Of a stretch of DNA of 64,000 nt, positions 25,140 to 38,505 are shown piece after piece. Position 1 is the stretch's first letter. Each line of letters opens with the position of its first letter. The stretch is from an uncultured Actinomycetota bacterium (GTDB lineage Bacteria > Actinomycetota > UBA4738 > HRBIN12), in contig CAVQEW010000006.1 in NCBI GenBank assembly GCA_963711655.1, positions 599 to 64,598 of the forward strand, in the 5' to 3' direction. The notes beneath the pieces are model-generated. The model saw only the letters and a list, made by a program, of their open reading frames with translations, was not told the origin of the DNA and ran no database searches. A program made the position numbers and the translations under genes.

Positions 25140-26912
25140 ATGCGGCCCGTCGTGTCGAGACCATCCGTCCTTTCCCCGGCCGCAACGACCGGGGATCCCG
25201 CGACCCGCGGGCGGTTGGCGACCTTCGCCTGCATCCTCATCGTGCTCACCGCGGCGTGCGGAAGCATCCCGGCGCCGGAGGTGCGGGCACCCGAGGGACG
25301 GCAGTTCATCCAGATGGTCCCGGACTCCATCGACGACGTCGGGCTCGCACCGTCCGTGGCCGTCGACGGGCAGGGGCTCCCGATGATCTCGTACTTCGGA
25401 TTCCCGGCGAAGCTGGTCGAGGGCGAGATCCCGGTCGCCCGGCCCGTCGGCTCGCCCTTCCTCACCACCGAGGACGTCAAGGACGCAGGCGCGGTCCTGC
25501 TCGCCAGCCTGACGCCGGACCAGATCTGGACGCGCGGCGCGATCGCGCAGCCGAGAGAGACGCCGGCCGGCGTGCCCGTCCCCTTCCAGCCGGCGGCCGA
25601 GCCGTCGCTCGCGACGCTCACCCCGGCGCGAGCCGCGGGGACGGACATCGCGATCGCCGGCACCGACGTCCACGCCGCATGGAGCACGGACACCGGTGTC
25701 TGGTACGGCTTCGGGCCGGAGCCGTTCGAGGTCAGTGCCGTGGAGGAGTCACGAGGCGCGGGCGCCCCGTCGATCGTCGTCGATGGCGCAGGGCGCTCCG
25801 CTCATCGCGTACACGGTCGCGGGAACCCAGCCCGAGGTGCGCGTCGCCGAGCGCACGGGGGAGACCTGGAAGGTCACGACCGTCGCGACCCTGTCCCAGT
25901 GCGGTCGAGACTGCCCTCCGGTGACCCAGATCGCACTGGTCGACGGTGAACCGCTCGTCGTGGTGGCCGATCCGCTCTCGGGCGAGGTGACCGCGGCGCA
26001 GCGGCAAGCCGGCGCGTGGAGCACCGAGGTCGTGGCCACGGACGCGACGGGCGGCGCGTCGCTGGCCACCTTCGGCGACACGGCCACGATCGCCTACTAC
26101 ACGTCGTCCGGCGTGGCGCTCGCCACGGGACGGTTCGGATCGTGGTCGATCGAGGAGGTCGCCACGCTCGCGGCGGCGGGCGGCGGGGACCAGGACACCG
26201 AGAGCGTGCCGACACCGCCCAGCACCGCGGTCGCGTTCGCCGGGCAGGACGCCATCTGGGTCGCATGGCAGGACTCCGAGGGGATCCACCTCGCGTCCCG
26301 GACCGGCGATGGGTTCGACGAGGTCGAGCTCTCCGACACGAGCGGGGGCGTGAACCCGAGCCTCGCGGCACGGAGGACGGCGCCTCGGTCTATCTCGCCT
26401 GGTACGACGCGGAGGACGGGGACCTCCGGCTCGGCACGTACGGTGAGATCGCGGACCTGCTGATCGCGGCGCCGCCGCCGCTCCCGTCGGTCGCCCCGCC
26501 GAGCGACGCGGACGTGTGGGGAGGACGGGCAGATCGTGCTCGACATCGTCGCGCAGGGCACTCGCGTTCAACCCGACCGTGCCTGGTCGCTCCGGCGGGA
26601 GAACCGTTCACGATCAACTTCGACAACAAGGATGACGAACGACCAGCACAACTTCGCGATCGCCGTCGACGAAGACGACGGTCGGCTGATCCCGATCTTC
26701 GAGAGCCCGGATGTCGTCGGGTCCGCGACGCAGTCGAGTACGACGGCGCCCGCGATCGGACGCGGGGACGCTACTTCTTCCGCTGCGCACATCCACCCCA
26801 CGACCATGACCGGAGCACTCGCCGTGGTCGAGGCCGGGGCGGTGCGGGAACGGCGGCGGGGGCGGACGGTGGTGGAGGAGACGGCGGCGCGAGGCAGAGG
26901 AGACGGGGGCTA
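25140..26912 (+). CDS. Putative lipoprotein with repeat-rich (propeller-like) body and C-terminal cupredoxin-like domain (frameshifted)
   Basis: Lipobox LTAAC; repeated PSxAxDxxG / IAY / VAWQD blade-like motifs; C-terminal PAGEPFTINFDNKD, HNFAI, YFFRC.HPTTMTG across frames. Confidence 0.6.
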
Positions 26913-26924
26913 GCTCCCCATCCG

Positions 26925-26946
26925 GGTCACCCACCGGCGCTACGAT
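26925..26946 (+). promoter_or_regulatory. Degenerate PafBC/RecA-NDp-like promoter of uvrC
   Basis: GGTCAC-N10-TACGAT, 6 nt before GTG 26953. Confidence 0.5.
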
Positions 26947-26952
26947 GGGTGT

Positions 26953-28830
26953 GTGAGCTTCACCAAGCCGGCATCGTCCACCATCCCGGACGCGCCCGGC
27001 GCCTACCTCTTCCGGGACGACGACGGGCGGGTCGTCTACGTGGGCAAGGCGGGGTCGCTCCGCAAGCGGCTGGCCAACTACTGGTCGCGGCCGCTCCATC
27101 CTCGGACCGAGGCCATGGTCGAGGCGGCGGCCAGCGTCGAGTGGATCGTCGCCTCCGGCGAGGTCGACGCCCTGATGCTGGAGTTCAACCTGATCCAGCA
27201 GTACCTGCCCCGGTTCAACATCCGCTATCGGGACGACAAGTCCTACCCGTATCTCGCGCTGACCGTGGGGGAGAAGTGGCCTCGCGCCCAGGTCCTCCGG
27301 GGAACGAAGAGGAAGAAGGTCCGCTACTTCGGCCCGTACGGACACGCGTGGGCGATCCGCGACACGCTCGATGCCCTGACGCGCGTGTTCCCGATCCGCA
27401 CGTGCACCAACCACTTCTTCGATCAGCGGGCTCGTGCGGGCCGGCCGTGCCTCTACTACGACATCGGCCGGTGCTCCGGGCCGTGCGTCCCCTCGGCGAC
27501 GGGGATCACCGAGGAGGCGTATCGCCGGGATGTCGATGCGCTGGGGGACTTCCTGGCGGGGAACTCGAAGCCGGTGCTGAAGCGCCTCGACGAGCAGATG
27601 GCGGAAGCCTCGGGCCGGGAGGAGTACGAGCAGGCCGCGCGCTACCGCGACCAGCTCCAGGCGGCGCGCCGGGCGCTCGAGAGCCAGGAGATGGTCCTCG
27701 TGCAACCCGAGAGCCTCGACGTCGTCGGCCTCGCCGAGGACGATCTCGAGGCGGCGTTCCAGGTGTTCACCGTCCGAGGCGGGAGGGTCCTCGGACGGCG
27801 GGGCTGGGTCGTCGACCGCGTCGAGGATCTCGATCGGCCCGAGCTCGTCGCGTCCTTCCTCCGACAGCTGTACATGGAGCGTGAGGAGGTGCCGCCCCGC
27901 ATCCTCGTGCCGACCGAGCCGGCGGACCGAGAGGTCCTGGAGACCTGGCTGTCCGGCCGCCGAGGCTCCCACGTCACGATCGCGGTGCCGGCTCGCGGTG
28001 CGAAGCGACGGCTGATGGAGGTCGTCGGGAGCAACGCGGCCGAGGCCTTCCATCGCCACAAGCTCCGGCGCGCGTCCGACTTCGGCGCACGCTCCCGTGC
28101 GCTCTCGGAGCTGGCCGACCAGCTCGGGCTCGAGCAGGCACCCCTCCGGATCGAGTGCTACGACATCTCCAACCTGGGTCCGACCGACACCGTGGGATCC
28201 ATGGTGGTGTTCGAGGACGGCCTCCCGAAGCGTTCGGACTACCGGCGCTTCGAGATCAAGGGCGTCGCCGGACAGGACGATTTCGCGAGCATGGAGGAGA
28301 TGCTCACGAGACGGTTCTCACGGCTGCTGAAGGAGAAGGACGAGCCGCCTGGCGGCCGGCGGCGGTTCTCGTACCCGCCGGCGCTCGTCGTCGTGGACGG
28401 CGGGCGCGGCCAGCTGAGCATGGCCACGAAGGTGCTCGAGAACCTGGGTCTCCACATCCCCCACGTGGGCCTGGCGAAGCGGCTCGAGGAGATCTACTTC
28501 CCCGACCGTCCGGATCCGCTGTCGATCGCGCGTGGATCGGAGGCGTTGTTCGTGCTGCAGCACATCCGGGACGAGGCGCACCGCTTCGCCATCACCTACC
28601 ACCGGCAGCGCCGCGATCGCCGAGCCCTCTCGTCGCCGCTCGATGAGATCCCCGGTGTCGGGCCCTCGCGCAAACGCGCCCTCATGAAGCGGTTCGGATC
28701 GCTGACGAAGATCCGCCAGGCGGAGCCGGCGGCGCTCGCGGCCACGCCCGGGGTCGGACCGAGGCTCGCCGACGAGATCCATCGCCGGCTGCACTCGGTC
28801 ACGGCCTCCGATCGCCGGGAGAGCGCCTGA
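26953..28830 (+). CDS. uvrC: Excinuclease ABC subunit C
   Basis: GIY-YIG (PGAYLF, VYVGKA), UVR domain, RIECYDISN, VDGGRGQL, RDEAHRFAITYHR, HhH tail. Confidence 0.97.
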   Translation: MSFTKPASSTIPDAPGAYLFRDDDGRVVYVGKAGSLRKRLANYWSRPLHPRTEAMVEAAASVEWIVASGEVDALMLEFNLIQQYLPRFNIRYRDDKSYPYLALTVGEKWPRAQVLRGTKRKKVRYFGPYGHAWAIRDTLDALTRVFPIRTCTNHFFDQRARAGRPCLYYDIGRCSGPCVPSATGITEEAYRRDVDALGDFLAGNSKPVLKRLDEQMAEASGREEYEQAARYRDQLQAARRALESQEMVLVQPESLDVVGLAEDDLEAAFQVFTVRGGRVLGRRGWVVDRVEDLDRPELVASFLRQLYMEREEVPPRILVPTEPADREVLETWLSGRRGSHVTIAVPARGAKRRLMEVVGSNAAEAFHRHKLRRASDFGARSRALSELADQLGLEQAPLRIECYDISNLGPTDTVGSMVVFEDGLPKRSDYRRFEIKGVAGQDDFASMEEMLTRRFSRLLKEKDEPPGGRRRFSYPPALVVVDGGRGQLSMATKVLENLGLHIPHVGLAKRLEEIYFPDRPDPLSIARGSEALFVLQHIRDEAHRFAITYHRQRRDRRALSSPLDEIPGVGPSRKRALMKRFGSLTKIRQAEPAALAATPGVGPRLADEIHRRLHSVTASDRRESA

Positions 28831-29730
28831 TGGCACGGACCGCCAAGCGTGCGGCGTCGGAGACCGCGACCACGCCCGGGTTCCTCCTGATCACGGGGCT
28901 GTCGGGCGCAGGCCGATCCGAAGCGGCCCGGAGCCTCGAGGACCTCGGCTACTTCGTCGTCGACAACCTGCCCCCCGCGCTCCTGCCGAAGATGGCGGAG
29001 CTCGCCGCGAGCCCGGGTGGCCCCGGACGCGTCGCGATCGTCGTGGACGCCCGAGGCGGGGTCTTCTTCGGTGAGCTCTCGAAGGCCCTCGAGGAACTCC
29101 GCGAGCAGCGGGTCCCGGCACGGATCGTCTTCCTCGACGCATCCGACGACGACCTCGTCAACCGGTACGAGGCGACCCGCCGCCGTCACCCGCTGGCGCC
29201 GGCCGACCGCGTGGGCGAGGGCATCCGCAAGGAGCGGCTGATGATGGAGAGCCTGCGGGCCGACGCGGACCTCGTGATCGACACGACCGGGCTCACACCG
29301 CACGACCTGCGCGACCGGATGCGCGAGACCTTCGCCGACGCGCCGCCCGAGGCGGGCCTGCTCGTCTCCATCGTCTCCTTCGGCTTCAAGTACGGCAGTC
29401 CGCGCGATGCCGACCTCGTGCTCGACGTGCGCTTCCTCCCGAACCCGCACTGGGTGGAGGAGCTCCGCCCGCTGCCCGGCAGCAACGCGAAGGTCCGCGA
29501 GTACGTCGAGAGGCCAGGAGGAGTACGCGTCGTTCATGAAGCGGCTGGAGTCCCTCCTGGACGTCGTCGTCCCCGGCTACGTCGACGAGGGGAAGTCCTA
29601 CCTCACGGTCGGGATCGGATGCACCGGCGGGCGGCACCGCTCCGTCGTGGTCGCCGACGACCTCGCCGACTACTTCCGCGAACACGGACACCGCGTGTCC
29701 GTGAACCATCGCGACGTCGATCGCGACTGA
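28830..29730 (+). CDS. rapZ: RNase adapter / nucleotide-binding protein RapZ (YvcJ) (frameshift near 29513)
   Basis: ITGLSGAGRS, VDNLPP, SFGFKYG, DVRFLPNPHW, IGCTGGRHRSV, HRD. Confidence 0.93.
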
Positions 29731-29736
29731 CGGCGA

Positions 29737-31287
<1,551 letters not shown>

Positions 31288-31288
<1 letters not shown>

Positions 31289-32484
31289 TGGCGCTCCGCA
31301 CCCTCGACGACCTCGGCGACGTCGCCGGTACCCGCGTCTTCGTCCGCGCGGACTTCAACGTGCCGCTCGAAGGCGGCCGCGTCGCCGACGACATGCGGAT
31401 CCGCGCGACCGTTCCCACGCTCCGTGAGCTCCTCGACCGAGGCGCCGCGCTCGTGGTCGCCTCCCATCTCGGGCGGCCGGACGGCGAGCCGCAGGACGAC
31501 CTCCGGCTCGGGCCCGTCGCCGAACGCCTCACCGAGCTGCTCGGCGTGGACGTGATGGCGCTGGACGAGGTCGTCGGCGACGGGCCCGAGGCCGTCTGCG
31601 GCCACATCGAGTCCGGCGACGTCGTGCTCCTCGAGAACCTCCGGTTCCATCCGGGAGAGGAGGCGAACGACGTCCGGTTCGCGGGACAGCTCGCGGAGCT
31701 CGCCGATGCCTACGTGAACGATGCGTTCGGCGCGGCCCACCGGGCGCACGCGAGCGTCTCGGCCCTGCCGGACCTGATGCTCGCCTCGGGCCGGCCCGCG
31801 GCGGCCGGGCGCCTGCTGCAACGGGAGGTCGAGGTCCTCGGCCGGCTCCTCACGGATCCGGATCGTCCGTACGTCGCCGTCCTCGGAGGAGCGAAGGTCT
31901 CGGACAAGCTCGGCGTGCTCGGCGCCCTCGTCGAACGCGTCGACGCCCTCCTGATCGGTGGCGCGATGGCGTTCACGCTGATCGTCGCCGACGGGGGAGA
32001 GGTGGGCGACAGCCTCGTCGAGCGAGACCGGGTCGAGGAGGTCCGAGCGGTGAGCGAGCGTGCCGGGGCGAAGGGAACGCTCCTCGAGCTGCCGCAAGAC
32101 GTGGTCGCCGCGCCGGACGCACGGGCGGACGTCCGCCCCCAGACGGTCCCTGCGCGAGAGATCCCACGCGGCCTCAAGGGACTCGACATCGGGCCGCGGA
32201 CGGTGGAGGAGTTCGCGCGGATCCTGGCCGACGCGAAGACGATCCTCTGGAACGGCCCGATGGGGGTCTTCGAGCTCGAGCCGTTCTCCGCGGGGACGCG
32301 CGGCGTGGCCACCGCGATCGCGGGAGCCTCCGCGTTCTCGGTCGTCGGCGGCGGCGACTCGCTCCTCGCCGTCAAGAGGGAGGGTCTGGAGGACTCTTTC
32401 GACCACCTGTCCACCGGGGGCGGCGCTTCCCTCGAGTTCCTCGAGGGCGAGGCGCTCCCCGGCATCGCGGTGCTGGAGGGCTGA
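31288..32484 (+). CDS. pgk: Phosphoglycerate kinase
   Basis: RADFNVP, SHLGRP, LLENLRF, DAFGAAHRAHAS, GGAKVSDK, WNGPMGVFE, STGGGASLE. Confidence 0.97.
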
Positions 32485-32485
32485 G

Positions 32486-33256
32486 ATGGCGGAGCGGAAA
32501 CCGATCATCGCCGCGAACTGGAAGATGCACAAGACGCACCTCGAGGCGATCCAGGCGGTGCAGAAGCTCTCGTATCTGCTCGACAAGGACGACGCCGAGC
32601 GGCTGGAGGTCGTGATCTGTCCGCCGTTCACCGCCCTCCGCTCGGTCCAGACCCTCATCGACTCCGACCGCCTCGGGTACGGCCTGGGCGCTCAGAACGT
32701 CAACGCCGAGGACGAAGGCGCGTTCACCGGAGAGGTGTCCGGGGCCATGCTGGCGGCCCTCCAGGTCGGCTACGTGATCGTGGGCCACTCCGAGCGCCGT
32801 CAGCTCTTCGGCGAGGACGACGAGACGGTCAACCGGAAGGTGCAGGCGGTCTTCCGACACGGGATGGTGCCGATCGTCTGCGTGGGGGAGACGCTCGAGG
32901 AGCGGGAGTCGGGCGGGACCGAGACGAAGGTGACCGAGCAGGTCCGGCGCGCCTTCGACGGCGTGGACCCCGTGGCCGCGGCCAAGGCCGTCGTCGCCTA
33001 CGAGCCCATCTGGGCGATCGGGACGGGCCGGAACGCCGAGCCCACCGATGCGGGGCAGGTCGTGGAGGTGATCCGGGCGACCCTCTCGGACCGTGTCTCC
33101 TCCGAGGTCGCCGCCGCGGTCCGCGTGCAGTACGGCGGCAGCGTCAAGCCGGGCAACATCCGGGAGTTCATGGCGCACCCCGAGATCGACGGGGCGCTCG
33201 TGGGTGGCGCGAGCCTCGACCCCGAGAGCCTCGCCCTGATGGTGAAGTACCGGTGA
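32486..33256 (+). CDS. tpiA: Triosephosphate isomerase
   Basis: NWKM, GHSERR, AYEPIWAIGTG, YGGSV, LVGGASL. Confidence 0.98.
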   Translation: MAERKPIIAANWKMHKTHLEAIQAVQKLSYLLDKDDAERLEVVICPPFTALRSVQTLIDSDRLGYGLGAQNVNAEDEGAFTGEVSGAMLAALQVGYVIVGHSERRQLFGEDDETVNRKVQAVFRHGMVPIVCVGETLEERESGGTETKVTEQVRRAFDGVDPVAAAKAVVAYEPIWAIGTGRNAEPTDAGQVVEVIRATLSDRVSSEVAAAVRVQYGGSVKPGNIREFMAHPEIDGALVGGASLDPESLALMVKYR

Positions 33257-33358
33257 GGTCTTTCGCTTCCTTGCCCCTCAAAGCCGCTGCGAGGGTGCCG
33301 CTCCCGTGGGAACTGGATTGCGGGTCTGTTCCAACCTCTCTAGTATCCCGTACAGGGC

Positions 33359-34403
33359 ATGAGTCGATCCGACACGGATACCGATGTAACCCAGGCCGAA
33401 CAGCGCGAGCGCCTCGAGCGCGCCGACCTGGATGCCGCGCCGTCCGCTGAGACGCCGGCCTCGATCATCGGGCGGAGCCCCTGGGAGATCTTCTGGCGAC
33501 ACTTCCGCCAGGACCGCTTCGCCCTCGTGGGCCTGGTCATCATCGCCGTGATGATCCTGATGGCCGTCTTCGCTCCGATGGTGGCGAGTTGGTCCGGACA
33601 CACACCCAACCAGGTGAACCTGCAGGCGCTGGACGAGTTCGGCCTTCCGTCCGCGCCCACGTGGTGGCCCGGACCGGAGGCCAAGGCTCCCCCCAAGTAC
33701 CTGTTGGGGGTCGACGACACCGGCCGTGACCTCTTCGTGCGGATCGCGTACGGCGCTCGGACGTCCCTGACCGTCGCGTTCCTGGCGACGGGCATCGCGG
33801 TCGTGCTCGGTGTGCTGCTGGGACTCACGTCGGGCTTCTACAGGGGCAAGCTCGACACCGTCATCTCGCGCGCCACCGACGTCGTGCTCGCGCTGCCGAT
33901 CCTCCTGCTCGCGCTCGGGATCGCGTCCGCGTGCGGCGCCAACCAGGAGGGCTGTTTCTGGGGCTTCATCAAACCGGGGCTGCGACCGGTCGATCTTGAT
34001 CATCGGCCTCTTCGGCTGGCCCTACATCGCCCGCATCGTGCGCGGCCAGGTGCTCTCGATCCGCGAGAAGGAGTTCATCGAGGCCTCGCGCTCGCTGGGG
34101 GCCTCGAACCGGCGGATCATCCTCCGGGAGATCCTCCCGAACGTGACCGCGCCGATCATCGTCTACACCACGTTGATCATCCCGAGCAACATCTTGTTCG
34201 AAGCCGGGTTGTCGTTCCTCGGCGTGGGGGTTCCGGACGGGACCCCTTCGTGGGGGGCGATGCTCGCCGATGCCGGAACGGCCTTCCGGTGGGCGCCCTG
34301 GCTGATGATCTTCCCGGGGCTCGCCCTGTTCCTCACGACGTTGGCCTTCAACCTCGTGGGGGACGGTCTCCGAGACGCACTCGATCCTCGGAAGGCCGTC
34401 TGA
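33359..34403 (+). CDS. Peptide ABC transporter permease DppC/OppC (frameshift near 33990)
   Basis: LGVDDTGRDLFVRIAYGARTSL; REKEFIEASRSLGAS; FNLVGDGLRDALDP. Confidence 0.9.
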
Positions 34404-34504
34404 GCGTATCGACAGGGGGAACCCGGTGCGAAAGGAGGACGACCAGCTTCGTTAGTTTCTAGAGCCATGGATCTTGCAAGGGAACCATGAGAAGGGGGGT
34501 AGCT

Positions 34505-36386
34505 TTGAAACGAGTATTCAGAATGGTCGCCGTCGTTGGCGGTCCTCGGGATGGTCGCCGCCGCGTGCGGCGACGACGGGGCAACCGACGAGCCGACGGA
34601 GACTCCGAGCGGCAGCGAAGCCCCGGACCTTTCGGGCGGCACGCTGAGCATGGCGATGCTGGCCGACGTGACCGCGGCGTTCGACCCGCAGAAGGAGTAT
34701 TACTCCGTCACGTGGGAGTACTACCGCTGTTGTCTGCTTCGGAACCTGATGTCCTACGAGGGCGTCCCGACGGACGAGGGCGGTGCCCAGATCTTCCCGG
34801 ACCTGGCGGCCGGTGAACCGACGCAATCAGAAGACGAGCTGACCTGGACCTACCAGATCAAGCCCGGTCTGATGTACGCGCCGCCGAAGGATGACGTGGA
34901 GATCACGGCGCAGGACTTCATCCGTGCGCTGGAGCGGACGGCGAACCCGAAGGCGAACGTCGGCGGGTACTCCTTCTATTACTCCGTGATCGAGGGCTTC
35001 GACGACTTCGCAGCCGGCGATGCCGAAGAGATCTCCGGTCTCGCGGCGCCGGACACACACACCCTCGAGATCACCACGACCACGCCCGTCGGCGACATGA
35101 GTTACCGGCTTGCGATGGGTACGGCCTCTCCGATCCCGCCCGACGAAGAGGGCGAGCGGATGGGCGTCGCCGAGGGGCACGACCGTGACTACGGTCGTTT
35201 CCTCGTGGCGACGGGTCCGTACATGTTCGAGGGGTCCGAGACGATGGACTTCTCTGCTGCCCCGAAGGACCAGACCGAGGCGCCGGGCTACGTCCCGGGC
35301 CGCTCCATCGTCCTGGTCCGCAACCCGTCCTACGATCCTGCCTCGGACGGATTGCGCGACGCCTTCCCGGACCGGATCGAGGTTCGGATCGGCGGCGACA
35401 ACGACGACCTGTACAACCAGGTCGCCGCGGGGACGTTGGACTTCGTGGTCGACGGCGCGGTGCCCCCGGAGAAGATCCGGGACTACCAGACCGACCCCGA
35501 GCTCCAGGACAAGATCAACATCTACGCATCGGACGCGGTTCGGTACGTGTCCTTCAACCTCGCGGTTCCTCCGTTCGATGACGTCCATGTCCGCAAGGCG
35601 GTCAGCTGGGCGTTCGACAAGCAGGGGTTCCGCCAGTTGAGAGGTGGTCCGTCGGTCGGTGAGATCGCGGGGCACATCTTCGTGAACAGCCTCCAGGACG
35701 GCATCCTTGCCGACTACGACGCGTACCCGACGGCGAACGCATCGGGTGACGTCGCGAAGGCCAAGGAAGAGATGGCGCTGTCCGCGTACGACACGGACGG
35801 CGACGGGGTCTGTGACGCTCCGGAGTGCAGCAACATCCTCACGGTGACCGACCGCGAGGATCCGTACCCGGACCAGATGGCCCTGTTGAAGCAGTTCCTG
35901 GAGCCGATCGGCCTCACGCTCGACGACAAGCAGCTCGAGCGAGGCACGATGTACAACCAGTGCAACGACGGCAACTCGCACGTCGCACTGTGCGCCGGCC
36001 CCGGTTGGGGGAAGGACTACGCCGACGGTGTCACGTTCGGCGAGCCCCTGTTCACCTCCGCCGGACTGTGGGAGAGCTGCTGCAACTACTCGCTCCTCGG
36101 CGCAACGCCCGAACAGCTCACCGAGTGGGGCTACGACATCACCGAGGTCCCGTCGGTGGACGACAAGGAAGATGAATGCGCAGCTCTGGAGCCCGGTGAC
36201 GAACGGTTCCAGTGCTGGGCCGAGCTCGACCAACAGTTGATGGAGGAGATCGTCCCGTGGGTGCCGTACCTGTTCGATAACAGCGTCGACATCCTCTCGG
36301 ACAACATCCAGCACTACTCGTTCGACCAGTTCGCTGGTCTTGCGGCGTTCGACTCGTTGGCCGTGCCCGGGAACGTCGAGGGGTAA
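34505..36386 (+). CDS. Peptide ABC transporter substrate-binding lipoprotein (family 5)
   Basis: Lipobox VAAAC; PDLA, WTYQIKPG, ITAQDF, ATGPY, VRNPSY, PPFDDVHVRKAV. Signal region frameshifted; ORF 34536..36386. Confidence 0.9.
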
Positions 36387-36403
36387 CACCGTTCGAAGCG
36401 GTC

Positions 36404-36429
36404 GAGGGGGTCGCGCAGGCGGCCCCCTC
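36404..36429 (+). other. Intercistronic stem-loop after the SBP gene
   Basis: GAGGGGGTCGC-GCAG-GCGGCCCCCTC. Confidence 0.55.
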
Positions 36430-36455
36430 ACCGTTCTGACCGAGGAGGCAGAGCG

Positions 36456-37490
36456 ATGGGCCGATACCTGATCCGACGAGCCCTGTTCATGGTCCTCGTG
36501 ATCGTGATCGTCTCGCTCCTCACCTTCCTCATCTTCGTGAAGCTCCCGGCGGGAGATCCGGCGCGCCGAGCCGTGGGGCGGACCACCACGCCGGAGCAGA
36601 TCGAGAACGCGCGGCGGGCCTTCGGTCTGGACAAACCCCTCTACGTGCAGTACTGGCGGTTCCTGCGGGGGTTCATCCCGTGGCCTCCGAGCGATCCGGT
36701 GCTGATGTTGAGCGGCCACCCCCCGCGGGGGGATGATGGCCTCTGGCTCAACGAGGACGTGTACTACTCCTACGACGGGTTCGTCCCGGTGAGGGAGGAG
36801 CTCGCCCGGCGCATCCCCATCACCGGGACCCTCGCGATCGGTGCCGCCGTGATCTGGCTGCTCCTCGGCATCCCGATCGGCATCCTGTCCGGCGTTCGAC
36901 GAAGATCCGTCGCCGACCGCGCGGCCATGATCTTCGCGATCGTCGGGGTCTCGATGCCGATCTTCTGGCTGGCGCAGCTCCTCTTGTACGCGTTCTGGTT
37001 CAAGCTCGAGCTGTTGCCGGAATCGGGGATCCCGATCGGGTACACCGGCTGGGGCGGGGCTCTGCGCGCCGCCGCCGAGGGCCGGTTCATCCTGCCCTGG
37101 GTCTCCCTCGCGTACATCAACGCGGCCTTCTACGCTCGCATGGTGCGCGGCAACCTGATCGAGACGATGAACGAGGACTACATCCGTACCGCGCGCGCCA
37201 AGGGCCTATCCGAGCGTCGCGTGATCTACAAGCACGGCCTGCGCGGAGCCCTCACGCCGGTCGTGACGATGCTCGGGCTCGACGTCGGCCTCCTGCTCGG
37301 CGGCGCGTTCATCACCGAGACGGTCTTCGGGCTCCCGGGGATCGGGCAGAAGGCCGTGCAGGCGATCGGCACGAACGACTTCCCGACCGTGATGGGCGTG
37401 ACGATCCTCGGCGCGTTCATCATCGCGGTCGCGAACCTCATCGTCGACGTCGCGTACGCGTTCGTGGATCCGAGGGTGAGGTACACCTAG
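36456..37490 (+). CDS. Peptide ABC transporter permease DppB/OppB
   Basis: YLIRR, PAGDPA, GLDKPLYVQY, EDYIRTARAKGL, TETVFGLPGIG, DVAYAFVDPRV. Confidence 0.93.
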   Translation: MGRYLIRRALFMVLVIVIVSLLTFLIFVKLPAGDPARRAVGRTTTPEQIENARRAFGLDKPLYVQYWRFLRGFIPWPPSDPVLMLSGHPPRGDDGLWLNEDVYYSYDGFVPVREELARRIPITGTLAIGAAVIWLLLGIPIGILSGVRRRSVADRAAMIFAIVGVSMPIFWLAQLLLYAFWFKLELLPESGIPIGYTGWGGALRAAAEGRFILPWVSLAYINAAFYARMVRGNLIETMNEDYIRTARAKGLSERRVIYKHGLRGALTPVVTMLGLDVGLLLGGAFITETVFGLPGIGQKAVQAIGTNDFPTVMGVTILGAFIIAVANLIVDVAYAFVDPRVRYT

Positions 37491-38505
37491 GTGGCGCAAC
37501 CACTCCTCGAGGTGAAGGACCTCAAGGTCCATTTCCCGACCGACGACGGCTTGGTCAAGGCCGTCGACGGCGTGAGCTACTCGCTCGCGGCAGGGGAGAC
37601 GCTGGGGATCGTGGGGGAGTCCGGCTCCGGCAAGAGTGTCAGCTCCCTCACGGTGATGGGCCTGATCAATCCCAAGCAGGCGACGATCTCCGGCGAGGTC
37701 TTCTTCCAGGGGCAGGACCTCCTGAAGCTTCCGAAGGACGAGATGCGTACGATCCGGGGCGCGAAGATCTCCATGATCTTCCAGGACCCGATGACGTCGC
37801 TCCACCCCTTCTACAAGGTCGGGTTCCAGATCGCCGAAGCGATCCTCGAGCACCAGGACATCTCGAAGAAGGAGGCGCACGACCAGGCCGTCGAGATGCT
37901 CGCCCGCGTGAACATCCCGCATCCGAAGCGATCGCGCCGACCAGTACCCGCACGAGTTCTCCGGCGGGATGCGCCAGCGCGCGATGATCGCCATGGCGCT
38001 GTCCCTGAACCCGGACGTGTTGATCGCCGACGAGCCCACCACGGCCCTCGACGTCACCGTGCAGGCGCAGATCCTGGACCTGATCGACCGTCTGAAGTCG
38101 GAGTTCAACGCCGCCGTCGTGATCATCACGCACGACCTCGGCGTGGTCGCGGAGCACTGCGACAACATCATGGTGATGTACGCCGGCAAGGCCGCCGAGT
38201 TCGGCGACACCGACGACATCTACTACAAGCCCCTCCACCCGTACACCTGGGGGCTCCTGAGCTCCATCCCGCGGCTGGACGAGGAGAAGCAGGAGCGGCT
38301 GAGCCCGATCCGCGGGCTGCCACCGTCGTTGATCCAGGTGCCGCCCGGCTGCGCGTTCCACCCACGGTGCCCGTATCGGTTCGAGCCGTGCGACCGTGAC
38401 GTGCCCGAGCTCCTGCCGGTGGACGGGCACCACGCGGCCGCCTGTCATCTGAGCCTGGCCGACAAGGAGCGGATCCGCGACCAGGAGGTCCTGGCCCGCC
38501 GATGA
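37491..38505 (+). CDS. Peptide ABC transporter ATPase DppD/OppD (frameshift near 37935)
   Basis: GESGSGKSV, IFQDPMTSL, IADEPTTALDVTVQAQIL, HPYT, GCAFHPRC. Confidence 0.92.
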
